Shown here in pieces: positions 28,348 through 37,673 of a stretch of DNA of 64,000 nt. Each line of letters begins with the position of its first letter. Within the stretch, counting starts at the first letter, position 1. Origin of the DNA: an uncultured Clostridium sp. (GTDB taxonomy: Bacteria > Bacillota > Clostridia > TANB77 > CAG-508); the NCBI GenBank assembly GCA_900554815.1, contig USIO01000002.1:192-64191 (forward strand), given 5' to 3'. The translations under genes and the position numbers were made by a program. The notes under the pieces were generated by a model. It saw only the letters and a program-made list of their open reading frames with translations. It did not search any database and was not told the DNA's origin.

Positions 28348-28717
28348 AACAAGCTTCTCTTACTTCTTGATATATCTCTTTTGTACTCCATTTTTTGCCT
28401 CCCACTCTAATTTTTCGTGGTAATAATTCTTCGTAACCTGCATAGTCTCCATAGTGAGCATAGTCCCAACCTATAAACCACCCATCTATTTTTTGGTTCT
28501 CTGACACATATAAATAGTCATTTGCATAGGTTACTCCTCCATGAACATTTAAATCGATTTCTTCCATATCTTTACCATAATATTTTGAATTTTCTGGTAC
28601 TTTTATATATGCTGTTGGATGTAACCCTAAGTTGAAAATAAAATATAATAAACCTAGACAATATCCTGTATCAAGAACTTCTCTTTTATATTCAGCTTGA
28701 TATATCATTTCTTTCAT
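28319..28717 (-). CDS. Hypothetical early protein
   Basis: 132 aa. Confidence 0.3.
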   Translation of the reverse strand: MKEMIYQAEYKREVLDTGYCLGLLYFIFNLGLHPTAYIKVPENSKYYGKDMEEIDLNVHGGVTYANDYLYVSENQKIDGWFIGWDYAHYGDYAGYEELLPRKIRVGGKKWSTKEIYQEVREACYEIQRRKND

Positions 28718-28726
28718 AGTTACCTC

Positions 28727-29137
28727 CTAATATTCTGATATTTTGACTATAACCTTTGGTGTTTTTGCATATTTTTTAAATATTCTTACATCTGTTATTT
28801 GTGCATCATCTTTAAAAGCAAACTTATTTAACGCATCACTTATTATTTTTCCTATATTATCCCAATCTGGTTTCTTTGTTGGACTTATTCCTCCTGATAG
28901 CATTTCCGCTTCTTTCTTCTTGCTTGTACTCTTTGGTATATCAAAGTATGCTATTATTGTCATAGTTACTCTTCCTTCAATTGGCTTGTAATTTGGATAT
29001 TTATATAAAAATATTTGACGCACTAAATATTCATAGTTCTTTGTTTTGGTTGGAGTATAGGCTCGTCCTGTATATGTATTCATTCGTGGTCTTGCCTTTC
29101 CTGTTATTTGTTCATTTATCTCAATTTCATAATTCAT
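28727..29137 (-). CDS. rusA: RusA-family Holliday junction resolvase
   Basis: TGKARPR near the N-terminus and KPDWDNIGKIISDALNKFAFKDDAQI (RusA D..DN..K..DAL...DD motif). Confidence 0.75.
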   Translation of the reverse strand: MNYEIEINEQITGKARPRMNTYTGRAYTPTKTKNYEYLVRQIFLYKYPNYKPIEGRVTMTIIAYFDIPKSTSKKKEAEMLSGGISPTKKPDWDNIGKIISDALNKFAFKDDAQITDVRIFKKYAKTPKVIVKISEY

Positions 29138-29150
29138 TTGTTACACCTCT

Positions 29151-29435
29151 TTATTTTTCTGGCATATAATATACTTTTGGTATGTTATAAAATTCTGATT
29201 GCATAGTATTTTGTCTATTTACTTTTAATACTACTCTTTTAAATTCTTGTGTAATTGCATTTAAAATCTCTTTGCATTTTTCATAACTATCATAGGTTCC
29301 TATTACATCCCAATAATCATCTCCATAGTTTATTTCTATGTCAAATTCAATTTCATCTGGTTCTATTTTTATGAAATTTACTCTTTGTAAATTCACTATT
29401 ACATCTTTATTCTGACTCACAATTAACATCTTCAA
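29151..29435 (-). CDS. Hypothetical early protein, paralog of 29826..30089
   Basis: Shares (I)IVSQ..K.I.N..R...I, EILNAI versus EKILEYI, and C-terminal IP..Y.MP. Confidence 0.3.
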   Translation of the reverse strand: MKMLIVSQNKDVIVNLQRVNFIKIEPDEIEFDIEINYGDDYWDVIGTYDSYEKCKEILNAITQEFKRVVLKVNRQNTMQSEFYNIPKVYYMPEK

Positions 29436-29829
29436 ATCCTCCTATCTTAAATTCAATTGTTGTTTCTATTCTATAATCTATTTCAAAACAGAATAATCCT
29501 ATTACTGATCTAAATTTATATTTTTTCATAAATTCATTATGCATTTTAATTGCCTCATTTTTTTGATATCCCATTCCCATTAAGAGTTTTATAAATCTTT
29601 TCTTTGTTATCGCCCTTGGCATAACTTCAAGAGTAAGCTCTCCAGTTTGATTTGCTCCAACATTGTACAATCCTACACATTCATTTTTTTCTCCTGTTGC
29701 TTTTCCTACTTTAGCTTCAGATATCGAAGTTATCTTTCCTAACTCTTTCATCTCTCCTGTTTCTCCGTTTAATGAATAACAAACTATACTTGCTATACTT
29801 GGTTTATTTTCTTCTCCCATATATTTCAC
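29407..29829 (-). CDS. Hypothetical early protein with KKRFIKLL motif
   Basis: 140 aa. Confidence 0.3.
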   Translation of the reverse strand: MKYMGEENKPSIASIVCYSLNGETGEMKELGKITSISEAKVGKATGEKNECVGLYNVGANQTGELTLEVMPRAITKKRFIKLLMGMGYQKNEAIKMHNEFMKKYKFRSVIGLFCFEIDYRIETTIEFKIGGFEDVNCESE

Positions 29830-30089
29830 TCCTTTGGCATCACATACGCTGATGGTATAGTATGTATGCTTTTTATGTCTCCAGTAAGATTCTTCACTGA
29901 TGCATAAGATAAATATGTTTTTATAATATATTCTAAAATCTTTTCTGCTCTTTCTTCTGTTTTATAATTTCCTAATAGCTCTCCATCGGCATTAATCTCA
30001 AAATATTCTTCTGTATCATTACTTATCCATATACTCTTTATTCTCTCAAAATTTATAATTTTCTTTCTGTCTTGACTTACTATTATCAT
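29826..30089 (-). CDS. Hypothetical early protein, paralog of 29151..29435
   Basis: 87 aa. Confidence 0.3.
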   Translation of the reverse strand: MIIVSQDRKKIINFERIKSIWISNDTEEYFEINADGELLGNYKTEERAEKILEYIIKTYLSYASVKNLTGDIKSIHTIPSAYVMPKE

Positions 30090-30323
30090 TATTTATTTTC
30101 ACTCCTTCCATATTTTCCTGTATCGTTACCATAATTGCTTTTTGTTTTCTGTGCAAATTCTTCCATTGCTTTTACTACATCTTCTCTATTAGCATTTGAT
30201 ACATATAACATCTCTCTGCCATCACTGTCTCCAAATTCAAATGCTAATACTACAAATCCCCAGTTTTCTGGTAGTTCTTCTTTTACTTTTCTTGCAATTT
30301 CTTGCATTTTTCCTTTTATAATT

Positions 30324-30662
30324 TCATTTCCCATAATTTTCTTCCCTTTCTTTCTCAAATTCTTTTATTACTGGATTTAAACATTTATTGCATAATGCCA
30401 ATTTTATTTCTCCTCTTCTAGTAACCGTATGTGGTATTATTGCAATTCCTCCTGTCATATCTTGCCTCTTCTTAGTAATCTTTATTTCGGATCCGCAATA
30501 ATCACATTTGTAATAGTTGTATAGCTTTTCTTTTTTATAATTAACTACATTTCCTCCATCTGGAGTTGGTTTATATTTTGTGTAAATTGGTACTTCACTC
30601 CTGCAAGATAATTCATAAAACTTATTCATGTTATATTCCTTTCTCCTTCTCCATTTCTTCAT
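30324..30662 (-). CDS. Zinc-ribbon protein
   Basis: CDYCGSE ... CNKC. Confidence 0.3.
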   Translation of the reverse strand: MKKWRRRKEYNMNKFYELSCRSEVPIYTKYKPTPDGGNVVNYKKEKLYNYYKCDYCGSEIKITKKRQDMTGGIAIIPHTVTRRGEIKLALCNKCLNPVIKEFEKEREENYGK

Positions 30663-31456
30663 GCAGACAAACTATAAAATAATTTATAATTTCTTCTAGT
30701 CTGTAGTATGGTTTTTCTGTTATGTACTTCTTGGTCTTGTAATATTTCAATGTGAATTTTTCCCTTGTAAGCTTATTTAAATAAACTCTATGCGGACTAA
30801 GATATATTTCTTTCAATGCCCAGAACATTATTTTTTCATCTAAAACTCTTTCCTGTGGCATCAGATTATATATTTCAATATTTCCGGCAATACATTTCTA
30901 ACCTTTTTAGTAGAACTATTAAGCATTCTCTGTCATTTTCGTTCAGTCCAATTTCTTCTCCGCTATCTCCTTTATAAATATAATTAAATAATAAGTTTAG
31001 TTTAGTTATAATGTGTTCGTCTGCCTGTTCTTCCGCTTGTGCGTTCGGCTGTGCGTTCGGTTGTTCTTCCGCTTGTTCAAATTGCTCATTATACAATTTC
31101 GTTATTGTATATGAAGAAGCATCATTTTGATTTATTCCGCTTCTTGTATAAAATATACTGATTATTAATCAATTCATTTCTTGCTCTTTGTAGAGCTGAT
31201 ATATTTAAACCTTTCACTTTGCTCATTAGAATAGTATTTGTTACTTTAAACTCTCGAAGCCAGTCTGTCTTGCAAGCTATCTGCAGTAATACTAAATATA
31301 TTGAGATAGCATTTGCAGAGATAGGCTTGAAGTCTAATGTAGAATAAAATTCAGAGAGCTGTTTTTCAAGGTCTATTTGGCATTTTCTGTTCACACATTC
31401 CCCACTCCTTTCTTAATGTTGTCCTATTCGACAAAATCTCTTGTTGCACAAATAAC

Positions 31457-31843
31457 TTATTCATTTTGTGCTTCTGGAGTGTTATGCACTCTATTCATGA
31501 CTTCTTCTTTTAATAAAAATAGCAAAGCTGTATTATTAATAGGATAATCAACATCAAATTGTTGTTTTAAGTCTAATTCTAAATGTACATAACGCATTGC
31601 TCTTTCAACCTTTGAAAATGTTGTTTTATGTTTTCTTGCAATTCTTGAATATAACTTCATCATTACTATATTTCCATTTTCTGAGTTTTCTTCATCTTCT
31701 ATTACAAGTAACAATGCTGTTACCCAATACTTAAAACCTAGAATATGTGTTTTTATTCCTATTTCTTTTAATACCTGCTTTGCTATTTTCTTTATTTTTT
31801 CTGATTCTTCTAGTTTTATATTTTCTTGCATATCTTTTTCCAT
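31457..31843 (-). CDS. Stand-alone Spo0A C-terminal (DNA-binding) domain-like protein, no receiver domain
   Basis: HILGFKYWVTALLLVIED and MMKLYSRIARKHKTTFSKVERAMRYV align with Spo0A-C HIKGYQYLREAITMVVND and [25 protein letters not shown]. Confidence 0.55.
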   Translation of the reverse strand: MEKDMQENIKLEESEKIKKIAKQVLKEIGIKTHILGFKYWVTALLLVIEDEENSENGNIVMMKLYSRIARKHKTTFSKVERAMRYVHLELDLKQQFDVDYPINNTALLFLLKEEVMNRVHNTPEAQNE

Positions 31844-32012
31844 TGTCCCTTTCCCCCTTTCTTTATAAATTCAAGGTGTCTTTCGTGCTTATTTTCCCCT
31901 TTTTGATTGTTCTTCCTCTTCTTTTGCACTTTCGCTACTTGCCCTTAATAATGTGAGTATTACAAATGATGCTATGTAGCCTATAATAAATCCTAAAATA
32001 AACTTGCCCATT

Positions 32013-32534
32013 TTATTCTTCTATCTCCTTCCACATTTCAAGCAAATGTTGTTTTGCTTTTTTCAAATGTTGTTCAATCTCAGGCATATCCATTTGTGTT
32101 ATGTTATATATAACTGCGTGCCATTGTTCACTTCCATGTCTTTGTAAAGCATGGTGTAATTTTAATGTATATGTACCATAATGTTCATCTTCTGGATCAT
32201 CTGCGAAATCTATATCAAATCTAAATAGTAGATTGTAGTCTAAATCATAGTCTAATCCTTCATCTTCTTTAAATTGTTTCCAATTATCATATTCTGATGT
32301 TCTTTTTGTCTCCCAACATTCACAATAATAACTATGATTTGTAGGCTCCAATTTGAGCTTTTTATTTTCTTCAATTTTATTTTGATGTTCTTGTATTCTC
32401 CTTGGAATTACTATCATTGCATTACAATAATCACAGCATCTTCCGTTGTTTATCGGCTCTGCATTATTTCCATATCCTTCATAACTTTTTCCACAAATGC
32501 TGCAAAAGTTTTTATTTTTTATTTCTTTTTCCAT
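32013..32534 (-). CDS. Cys-rich (zinc-finger-like) hypothetical protein
   Basis: CSICGK..CCDYC...CEC. 173 aa. Confidence 0.3.
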   Translation of the reverse strand: MEKEIKNKNFCSICGKSYEGYGNNAEPINNGRCCDYCNAMIVIPRRIQEHQNKIEENKKLKLEPTNHSYYCECWETKRTSEYDNWKQFKEDEGLDYDLDYNLLFRFDIDFADDPEDEHYGTYTLKLHHALQRHGSEQWHAVIYNITQMDMPEIEQHLKKAKQHLLEMWKEIEE

Positions 32535-33228
32535 TTTCTTGCCCTTTCTAACTTTCTGTGATAAAATATAAACAGAAAGTATTTATATAAATATTTTTCA
32601 AAAAGAGTTTAATTTTTTATACTTTGGTCGGTATTTGAGATTAGCTCTTTTTTCCTTATTAATTTCAATTTGCTTTTCATTTTGGCTAAGGTTATAATGT
32701 GCCAATAATAACATTTATCTAAACTATCCATTTTATTTCTCCATCCTTTCTGAATGTTCCTAAAATAACATTCAATGCTTTGATTTCTCTAATTTGTTCC
32801 TTTGTTCTAGCTTTATGTTCTGGTTTTCCATATCTGTAACACATTTTCTCTAATATACTAACGGCTTCTTTTATATCCATATTCTATTTCCTCCTTCAAA
32901 ACCCACTCTAAGGCTTCTACTACTGCTGAATGCATTTTTTGTTCTGTTGTTCTATCTTTAAAACTTGTATTTTCCAGATATTCTTTATGCCTTTTTATTT
33001 CTTCCCTTATTTGTTTTTCTGTTTTCATATTTTTTCTTTTCCTCGCTTTCTTCATAGATTGTTTCTATAACCAATATTATTAATAATCCTAAGATAGGTA
33101 TTAAATATTCCCCTCCAAATGCATCATAACCTCTCATTTTAGTTGCATAATCAATTGATATTATTGTTAGTATAATTGTCGCTATAATTATTAATATTTC
33201 TATTATCCTTACTATAAATTTTTTCTTA

Positions 33229-33576
33229 TTAACTATTTTCATTTTCTACACTTTCCTTTCCTTTTTCAAAATCGCTCTTCAGTATATCAATTTCATTATT
33301 GGCAGTTATCTTTCTTAGTTCAAAATAGATCATACTAAGAAGAGCTTCTTTACTATTATTTTTAATCTTTATACCTTGAATATATAGTCTGGCCGCTTCT
33401 TTATCAGCTTTTCCTATGTTTCCTATATCTGCTTTAGATATTTTAGGAAAATCCGGCTTGTCAAATATGTTTCTTGCATTATTTATTCCTATTCCTAAAA
33501 TCTTTGCCAATTCTTTAGGAGATATAGTATCTGGAGCTTCCTCCCAAGTCATTGTTGGTTTGCATTCTCCTCTCAT
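33229..33576 (-). CDS. HTH DNA-binding early protein (excisionase/regulator-like)
   Basis: ISPKELAKILGIGINNARNIF is HTH-like. Confidence 0.35.
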   Translation of the reverse strand: MRGECKPTMTWEEAPDTISPKELAKILGIGINNARNIFDKPDFPKISKADIGNIGKADKEAARLYIQGIKIKNNSKEALLSMIYFELRKITANNEIDILKSDFEKGKESVENENS

Positions 33577-33644
33577 TTTCCTCCCTCCTTGTAATTTTGT
33601 GTGTCGTTCCGCAATTTTTTATTTTTTTCATAGCATTCTCCTTT

Positions 33645-33896
33645 TTATGAATTTAATTCATATTTTTTAGTAAAAAAATATTTGGTTGATTCTTCAATAG
33701 GTATTCCTAATAAATTACAAATTTCTATTATTTCCATTTGATTAAATGGAGATTTGCAATTTATTTTGTTTGAAAAACTTCCTGTACTCATTTCAACGCC
33801 TCTCTTTTGTAGCTCTCTTACAAAGTTAGCTTCACTTCCAAAATATGTTCTTATTCTTCCTCTTAATAGTGAATAGTCTAATAATTTTAACATCAT
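33645..33896 (-). CDS. Cro-like early regulator (DUF739-like), divergent from the cI-like gene
   Basis: 83 aa, HTH-like. Divergent promoter region shared with the repressor gene contains a palindromic operator. Confidence 0.4.
   Translation of the reverse strand: MMLKLLDYSLLRGRIRTYFGSEANFVRELQKRGVEMSTGSFSNKINCKSPFNQMEIIEICNLLGIPIEESTKYFFTKKYELNS
33647..33661. promoter_or_regulatory. Operator palindrome ATGAATTTAATTCAT (copy 1)
   Basis: Perfect 7-1-7 palindrome inside a 24-bp repeat ttttatgaatttaattcatatttt. About 70 bp upstream of the 33576 gene start. Confidence 0.4.
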
Positions 33897-33919
33897 ATCA
33901 CTTCCTTTCTTTTGATTTT

Positions 33920-33934
33920 ATGAATTTAATTCAT
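33920..33934. promoter_or_regulatory. Operator palindrome ATGAATTTAATTCAT (copy 2). A degenerate third copy lies at 33982-33996
   Basis: Identical 24-bp context. Lies in the cro/cI divergent promoter region. Confidence 0.45.
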
Positions 33935-34076
33935 ATTTTCCATTATAATATATTAGACTTTAAAAAATGTCAATACTTTTTATGAATTTTTTTCATTTTT
34001 TTGTATTTTCTTTCAAAACTATTGATTTTATTTCATTTTTTTGATATGATGTTATATATATTTAAGGAGGATTGCC

Positions 34077-34637
34077 ATGAGTAACGAAAGAACTGATAGT
34101 TTTGCTAATAGATTAGCAATTGCTATGCAATTAAATAATATAAATCAAATTGAATTATCAGAAAAGACAAAAACCTTTTCTAAAACTATATCTCAATCTC
34201 TTATAAATAAATATTTAAAAGGTAAAGCTTTAGCTAGACAAGATAATATATATATATTATGTAAGATTTTAAATGTTGATGAAGCTTGGATGATGGGGTT
34301 TGATGTTCCAATGGAAAGAACTCCTGATGAATTAAGAACTAACAATGATATATTTCAATATACTGCTACTGATTCTGCAATGTTACCTTTACTTGATGTA
34401 GGAGATATTGCCTTTATTCAAAAATGTAATAAATACGAAAATGGTCAAACAATTTTATTTAGATTAAATAATGAAGAATATATTAGAAAAGTAACTGATA
34501 ATAATGATAGCGTTGAATTTCAAGCTATGAATGTTTATTATCCTGTCATGAAATTTACAAAAGAAGAATTAAAAAAGAACAATTTTCAAATTATAGGTAG
34601 AGTAATAAAAGTTGAAAATAAAAGTGCTTTTAAATAA
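34077..34637 (+). CDS. CI-like phage repressor: N-terminal XRE HTH plus C-terminal LexA-like S24 autopeptidase
   Basis: RBS AAGGAGG. HTH NINQIELSEKTKTFSKTISQ. S24 motifs TDSAM (Ser) and IGRVIKVENK (Lys). Confidence 0.8.
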   Translation: MSNERTDSFANRLAIAMQLNNINQIELSEKTKTFSKTISQSLINKYLKGKALARQDNIYILCKILNVDEAWMMGFDVPMERTPDELRTNNDIFQYTATDSAMLPLLDVGDIAFIQKCNKYENGQTILFRLNNEEYIRKVTDNNDSVEFQAMNVYYPVMKFTKEELKKNNFQIIGRVIKVENKSAFK

Positions 34638-34655
34638 ATTTATATACTGGAGGTT

Positions 34656-35207
34656 ATGATGAATAATCAAATTAATAAAAAAGTAGATTTTATCCTATGT
34701 TTGTTTTTAGGTTATCTAGGTGTTCATAAATTCTATGAGAAGAAAACCTCAGTTGGTATATTATATCTATTCACAATTGGACTTTTTCTTCTAGGATGGG
34801 TTTATGATTGCATCAAATTAGGAATTGAATTATACAAATCTAAAAATATTGTTAATATTTATGAAAATTCATTAAATTCAGTAGCACCTAGTACACCAAA
34901 ATTCACTCCTCTTAAAGAACACTTTGTAACTATTGCACATCCAGATGGAAAAATAGAGCAAGCACCTGATAATGTTATACTTGATACAGATTCTCATGTT
35001 TTGGTTTGTGATGGTGGTCATACTTATCATAAATGTACTGGTTGTTTTAAAAAATGGTCAAATACTTATCAAGAAAACTTTAAAGGTTGGAAATTAATCT
35101 CTTTAGAAGAAGCTAAGCAACAAGGATTAACTTTATGTAGTTTCTGCGAAGAAGCTCTTAATTTTAGTATTGATAATTTATTAGAAAATGACAAAGATAC
35201 TGAATAA
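34656..35207 (+). CDS. TM2-domain membrane protein with Cys-rich C-terminal domain (candidate superinfection-exclusion or abortive-infection protein)
   Basis: N-terminus FILCLFLGYLGVHKFY...LFTIGLFLLGWVYD matches the TM2 domain. C-terminus has CDGGHTYHKCTGC..CSFC. Sits between repressor and integrase. Confidence 0.5.
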   Translation: MMNNQINKKVDFILCLFLGYLGVHKFYEKKTSVGILYLFTIGLFLLGWVYDCIKLGIELYKSKNIVNIYENSLNSVAPSTPKFTPLKEHFVTIAHPDGKIEQAPDNVILDTDSHVLVCDGGHTYHKCTGCFKKWSNTYQENFKGWKLISLEEAKQQGLTLCSFCEEALNFSIDNLLENDKDTE

Positions 35208-35407
35208 ACAACATTTTCTAATATTATAGTTATTTTTAATAAAAAGAGGATAATGTGTTTCATTTTTTGCGGAACGACACACATTATCCAAGGTATAAAA
35301 AGTCCTTGAAACAAGGTCTCTTTATGTTATGAATTATAACATATAACAAAACCTTTTTTCAAGAGATTTTAAATAATTTTAAAGTAAAAGAGAAAGAAGG
35401 TTTTATT

Positions 35408-36796
35408 ATGAATACTACAGGTACTCGTAGAGCTAATGGCGAAGGATCTATCTACGATACTATACAAAAGATACCTAGAAGAAAAAAATTGGATCGTGAA
35501 TGCGATATTTGTAAAAACTGTACTGATAGAAATATATGTAATAATCGTACTGGCTCAGCCAAATGTCAGAAGTGCGTTGAGTGTACTGACTGCTTAAAAT
35601 ATTGTGACCGCTTCTATTGTTATTTTAGATATCAAGCTCAGATTTCCATAGATAAAAAACAGACTACTGTTGCTAATGAAGAAAAGAAAAAAGCTGCAGT
35701 TGATAAAAAATTAAATGTAGAAGCAAAAGTCCATACTAAGAGCTATGTAAAAAAACATGGTATCACTATTATTGAAGTATGTAAAAAAATAGGAAATACA
35801 AAATTTGAAGCAGGAAAAATCGTAAAAAATACAAAGGATAAAGATAAATATCATTACAAATATATTGAGAACTGGCCAGATTTTCAAAAGCCAGTACAAA
35901 AAGTAACTTATAATGAAGTCCAAGATTTTCTTAATTCCATAAGGCATCTCTCACAAGGAGAAATAGAAAAAATAGTTGCTAAACTAAAAGCAGGCTTTAT
36001 GCAATGTGTATTAGATAAAATAATAGCCTATCCAGATAATCCTATGTTAAGGATATATATTCCTGTTTCCTTACAGAAAAAAGAACCTGTGCAGGCTTTT
36101 GAAATTGAGGAGCAAAGAAAATTAATAAAATATTTACTAACTAAGCCTTTGGTAAAAAGTTCTAGATGTAATTATGATGAAGAAACTCTAAGGAATTTAT
36201 TTATATGTGCATTATTATCTGCTGCAAGAATTGGAGAATTAGGATCCATTGATATTGATAAAAATATAGATTTAAAGGCTAGCGGATTCACAATAAATCG
36301 AACATTATCTAGTGATGGTGGAAAAATCATTATGGGCAAAACTACTAAAACTGGTCGTAAAAAAGTAGAGCAAGGCTTGTTAGATGAAAGGTTTGTACCA
36401 TTTGATATTTTTGATGAAAACTTCATGCTAGACATTGTCAAAAATCAAATAAAAAATGCACGAAGTAATCCAAATAATAAGGAAAATCTTTTGTTTTGTC
36501 AGTTAGATGGTAGTTATATAGACCATCGTTCCATAAATAATATATTTAAAAGGATTTGTAGAGAAGCAGGTGTAAAATTAGAACTTCCTAAGGGATGTCA
36601 TACTCACATGTGTAGGCATACTGCTGTTACTAGGATGATTGAAGCCGGAATGGATCTTCTGGTTATTGCAGCTATCCTTGGCCATGTTGATGACCGCCAA
36701 ATAAGAGAGACTTATGGTCATATTCTCGCACGATATATAAACAAGCAGTTAAAGGATTGTAGAGTTTATTCTAAAAAGATAAAACTTTGTGCTTAG
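35408..36796 (+). CDS. int: Tyrosine integrase (phage integrase family) with an unusual Cys-rich N-terminal extension
   Basis: Catalytic region CRHTAVTRMIEAG...LGHVDDRQIRETYGHI (HxxR...Y). N-terminus has 10 or more Cys (CDICKNC..C..C..CQKCVEC..C..C). Confidence 0.85.
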   Translation: MNTTGTRRANGEGSIYDTIQKIPRRKKLDRECDICKNCTDRNICNNRTGSAKCQKCVECTDCLKYCDRFYCYFRYQAQISIDKKQTTVANEEKKKAAVDKKLNVEAKVHTKSYVKKHGITIIEVCKKIGNTKFEAGKIVKNTKDKDKYHYKYIENWPDFQKPVQKVTYNEVQDFLNSIRHLSQGEIEKIVAKLKAGFMQCVLDKIIAYPDNPMLRIYIPVSLQKKEPVQAFEIEEQRKLIKYLLTKPLVKSSRCNYDEETLRNLFICALLSAARIGELGSIDIDKNIDLKASGFTINRTLSSDGGKIIMGKTTKTGRKKVEQGLLDERFVPFDIFDENFMLDIVKNQIKNARSNPNNKENLLFCQLDGSYIDHRSINNIFKRICREAGVKLELPKGCHTHMCRHTAVTRMIEAGMDLLVIAAILGHVDDRQIRETYGHILARYINKQLKDCRVYSKKIKLCA

Positions 36797-36799
36797 ATA

Positions 36800-37191
36800 T
36801 ACAAATATTTACATTAAAATTACATTAAAAACCTATTCGTAAAAAATTCATACCCAATGTATTGTAGCTATTTCAGTACATTGGGTAAATTACTCTAGGA
36901 GTTATTTCCGACTACCCGCTTTTTCTATTTCCAGAAAAAATGAAAGCTAGTAATATCAAATACTAGCTTTTTTCATATTAAAAAATTTTAATGTAAATAT
37001 GTTTTTTAATGTAAATATTTTTAGAGTTTTAATGTAATTTTAATGTAGTTTTTCCATAATTTTAAGAATTTTTAAGAAGTTTTAAAAAGTTCAAAAATAT
37101 TTTTGCTATCAAAAAACCTTGATTTTTCAATACTTATGTGTTTTTAAGAACTTTTAAGAAGTTTTAAAAACTTTTAAAAATATAAATTCTT
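36800..37191. promoter_or_regulatory. attL region with integrase arm-type-like repeats
   Basis: 30-bp direct repeat ttttaagaaNttttaagaagttttaaaaa at 37060 and 37142. taatgtaaatat x2 at 36980-37010 and acattaaaa x2 (inverted) at 36808-36828. 11-bp inverted repeat tacccaatgta/tacattgggta at 36851-36887. Confidence 0.4.
36944..36975 (+). terminator. Intrinsic terminator of int
   Basis: aagctagta-atatcaaa-tactagctt followed by tttttt. Confidence 0.6.
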
Positions 37192-37265
<74 letters not shown>

Positions 37266-37605
37266 ACTCTGTTTTTATTTTATCATATTTTTTAGTTTTA
37301 GTCTAGTAAAATAATATTTTTTTGTAACTTCTTAAAAATATAATAAGAATTCATGCAAAATATGTAATATTAATTTAAATTGGTATTATATACACTATAT
37401 ATTTTGTAGGATTTTGTAATAGTTTCGTAATTTTTTTGTAATATTTTATTGTGGTTTATAATCTATGTATTATATCTTTCTTCCTTTGTTTGTCTGGATT
37501 TGTTTGTTTTATTGTTACGATTATTTTACATAAAAATTACAAAACCATTACTTTTTTGGCTTTTATGTAACCTTGTTTTCTTTTAATTATTACAAAAGTA
37601 CTTCC

Positions 37606-37673
37606 TGTGGAAACTGTGGATAACTCTGTGAATAATTGTTAAATGTACATTTTTTGTTCACAGTTTATTCACA
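37606..37673. promoter_or_regulatory. DnaA-box cluster (5 boxes, convergent) in a 470-bp AT-rich intergenic region
   Basis: tgtggataa (RC TTATCCACA, perfect) at 37615-37623. tgtgaataa at 37627. ttgttcaca at 37654. ttattcaca at 37665. Weaker tgtggaaac at 37606. Confidence 0.45.

Larger units (their letters stand above)
1179..37191 (-). mobile_element. Temperate siphovirus-type prophage. Right end is attL next to tRNA-Gly. Left end (attR) not identified, so the start is given at the endolysin stop, the first confidently phage-derived coordinate; true end may lie at or before position 1
   Basis: Contiguous lysis, tail, head, packaging, early, immunity and integrase modules. Integrase 3' end abuts the tRNA 3' end. 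Confidence 0.8.

Noticed and set aside
36905-36925. 9-bp match (ctacccgct) to the tRNA-Gly 3' end near the int stop as a possible att core copy
   Set aside because: Too short to be significant in 64 kb and in the opposite orientation to the real tRNA.
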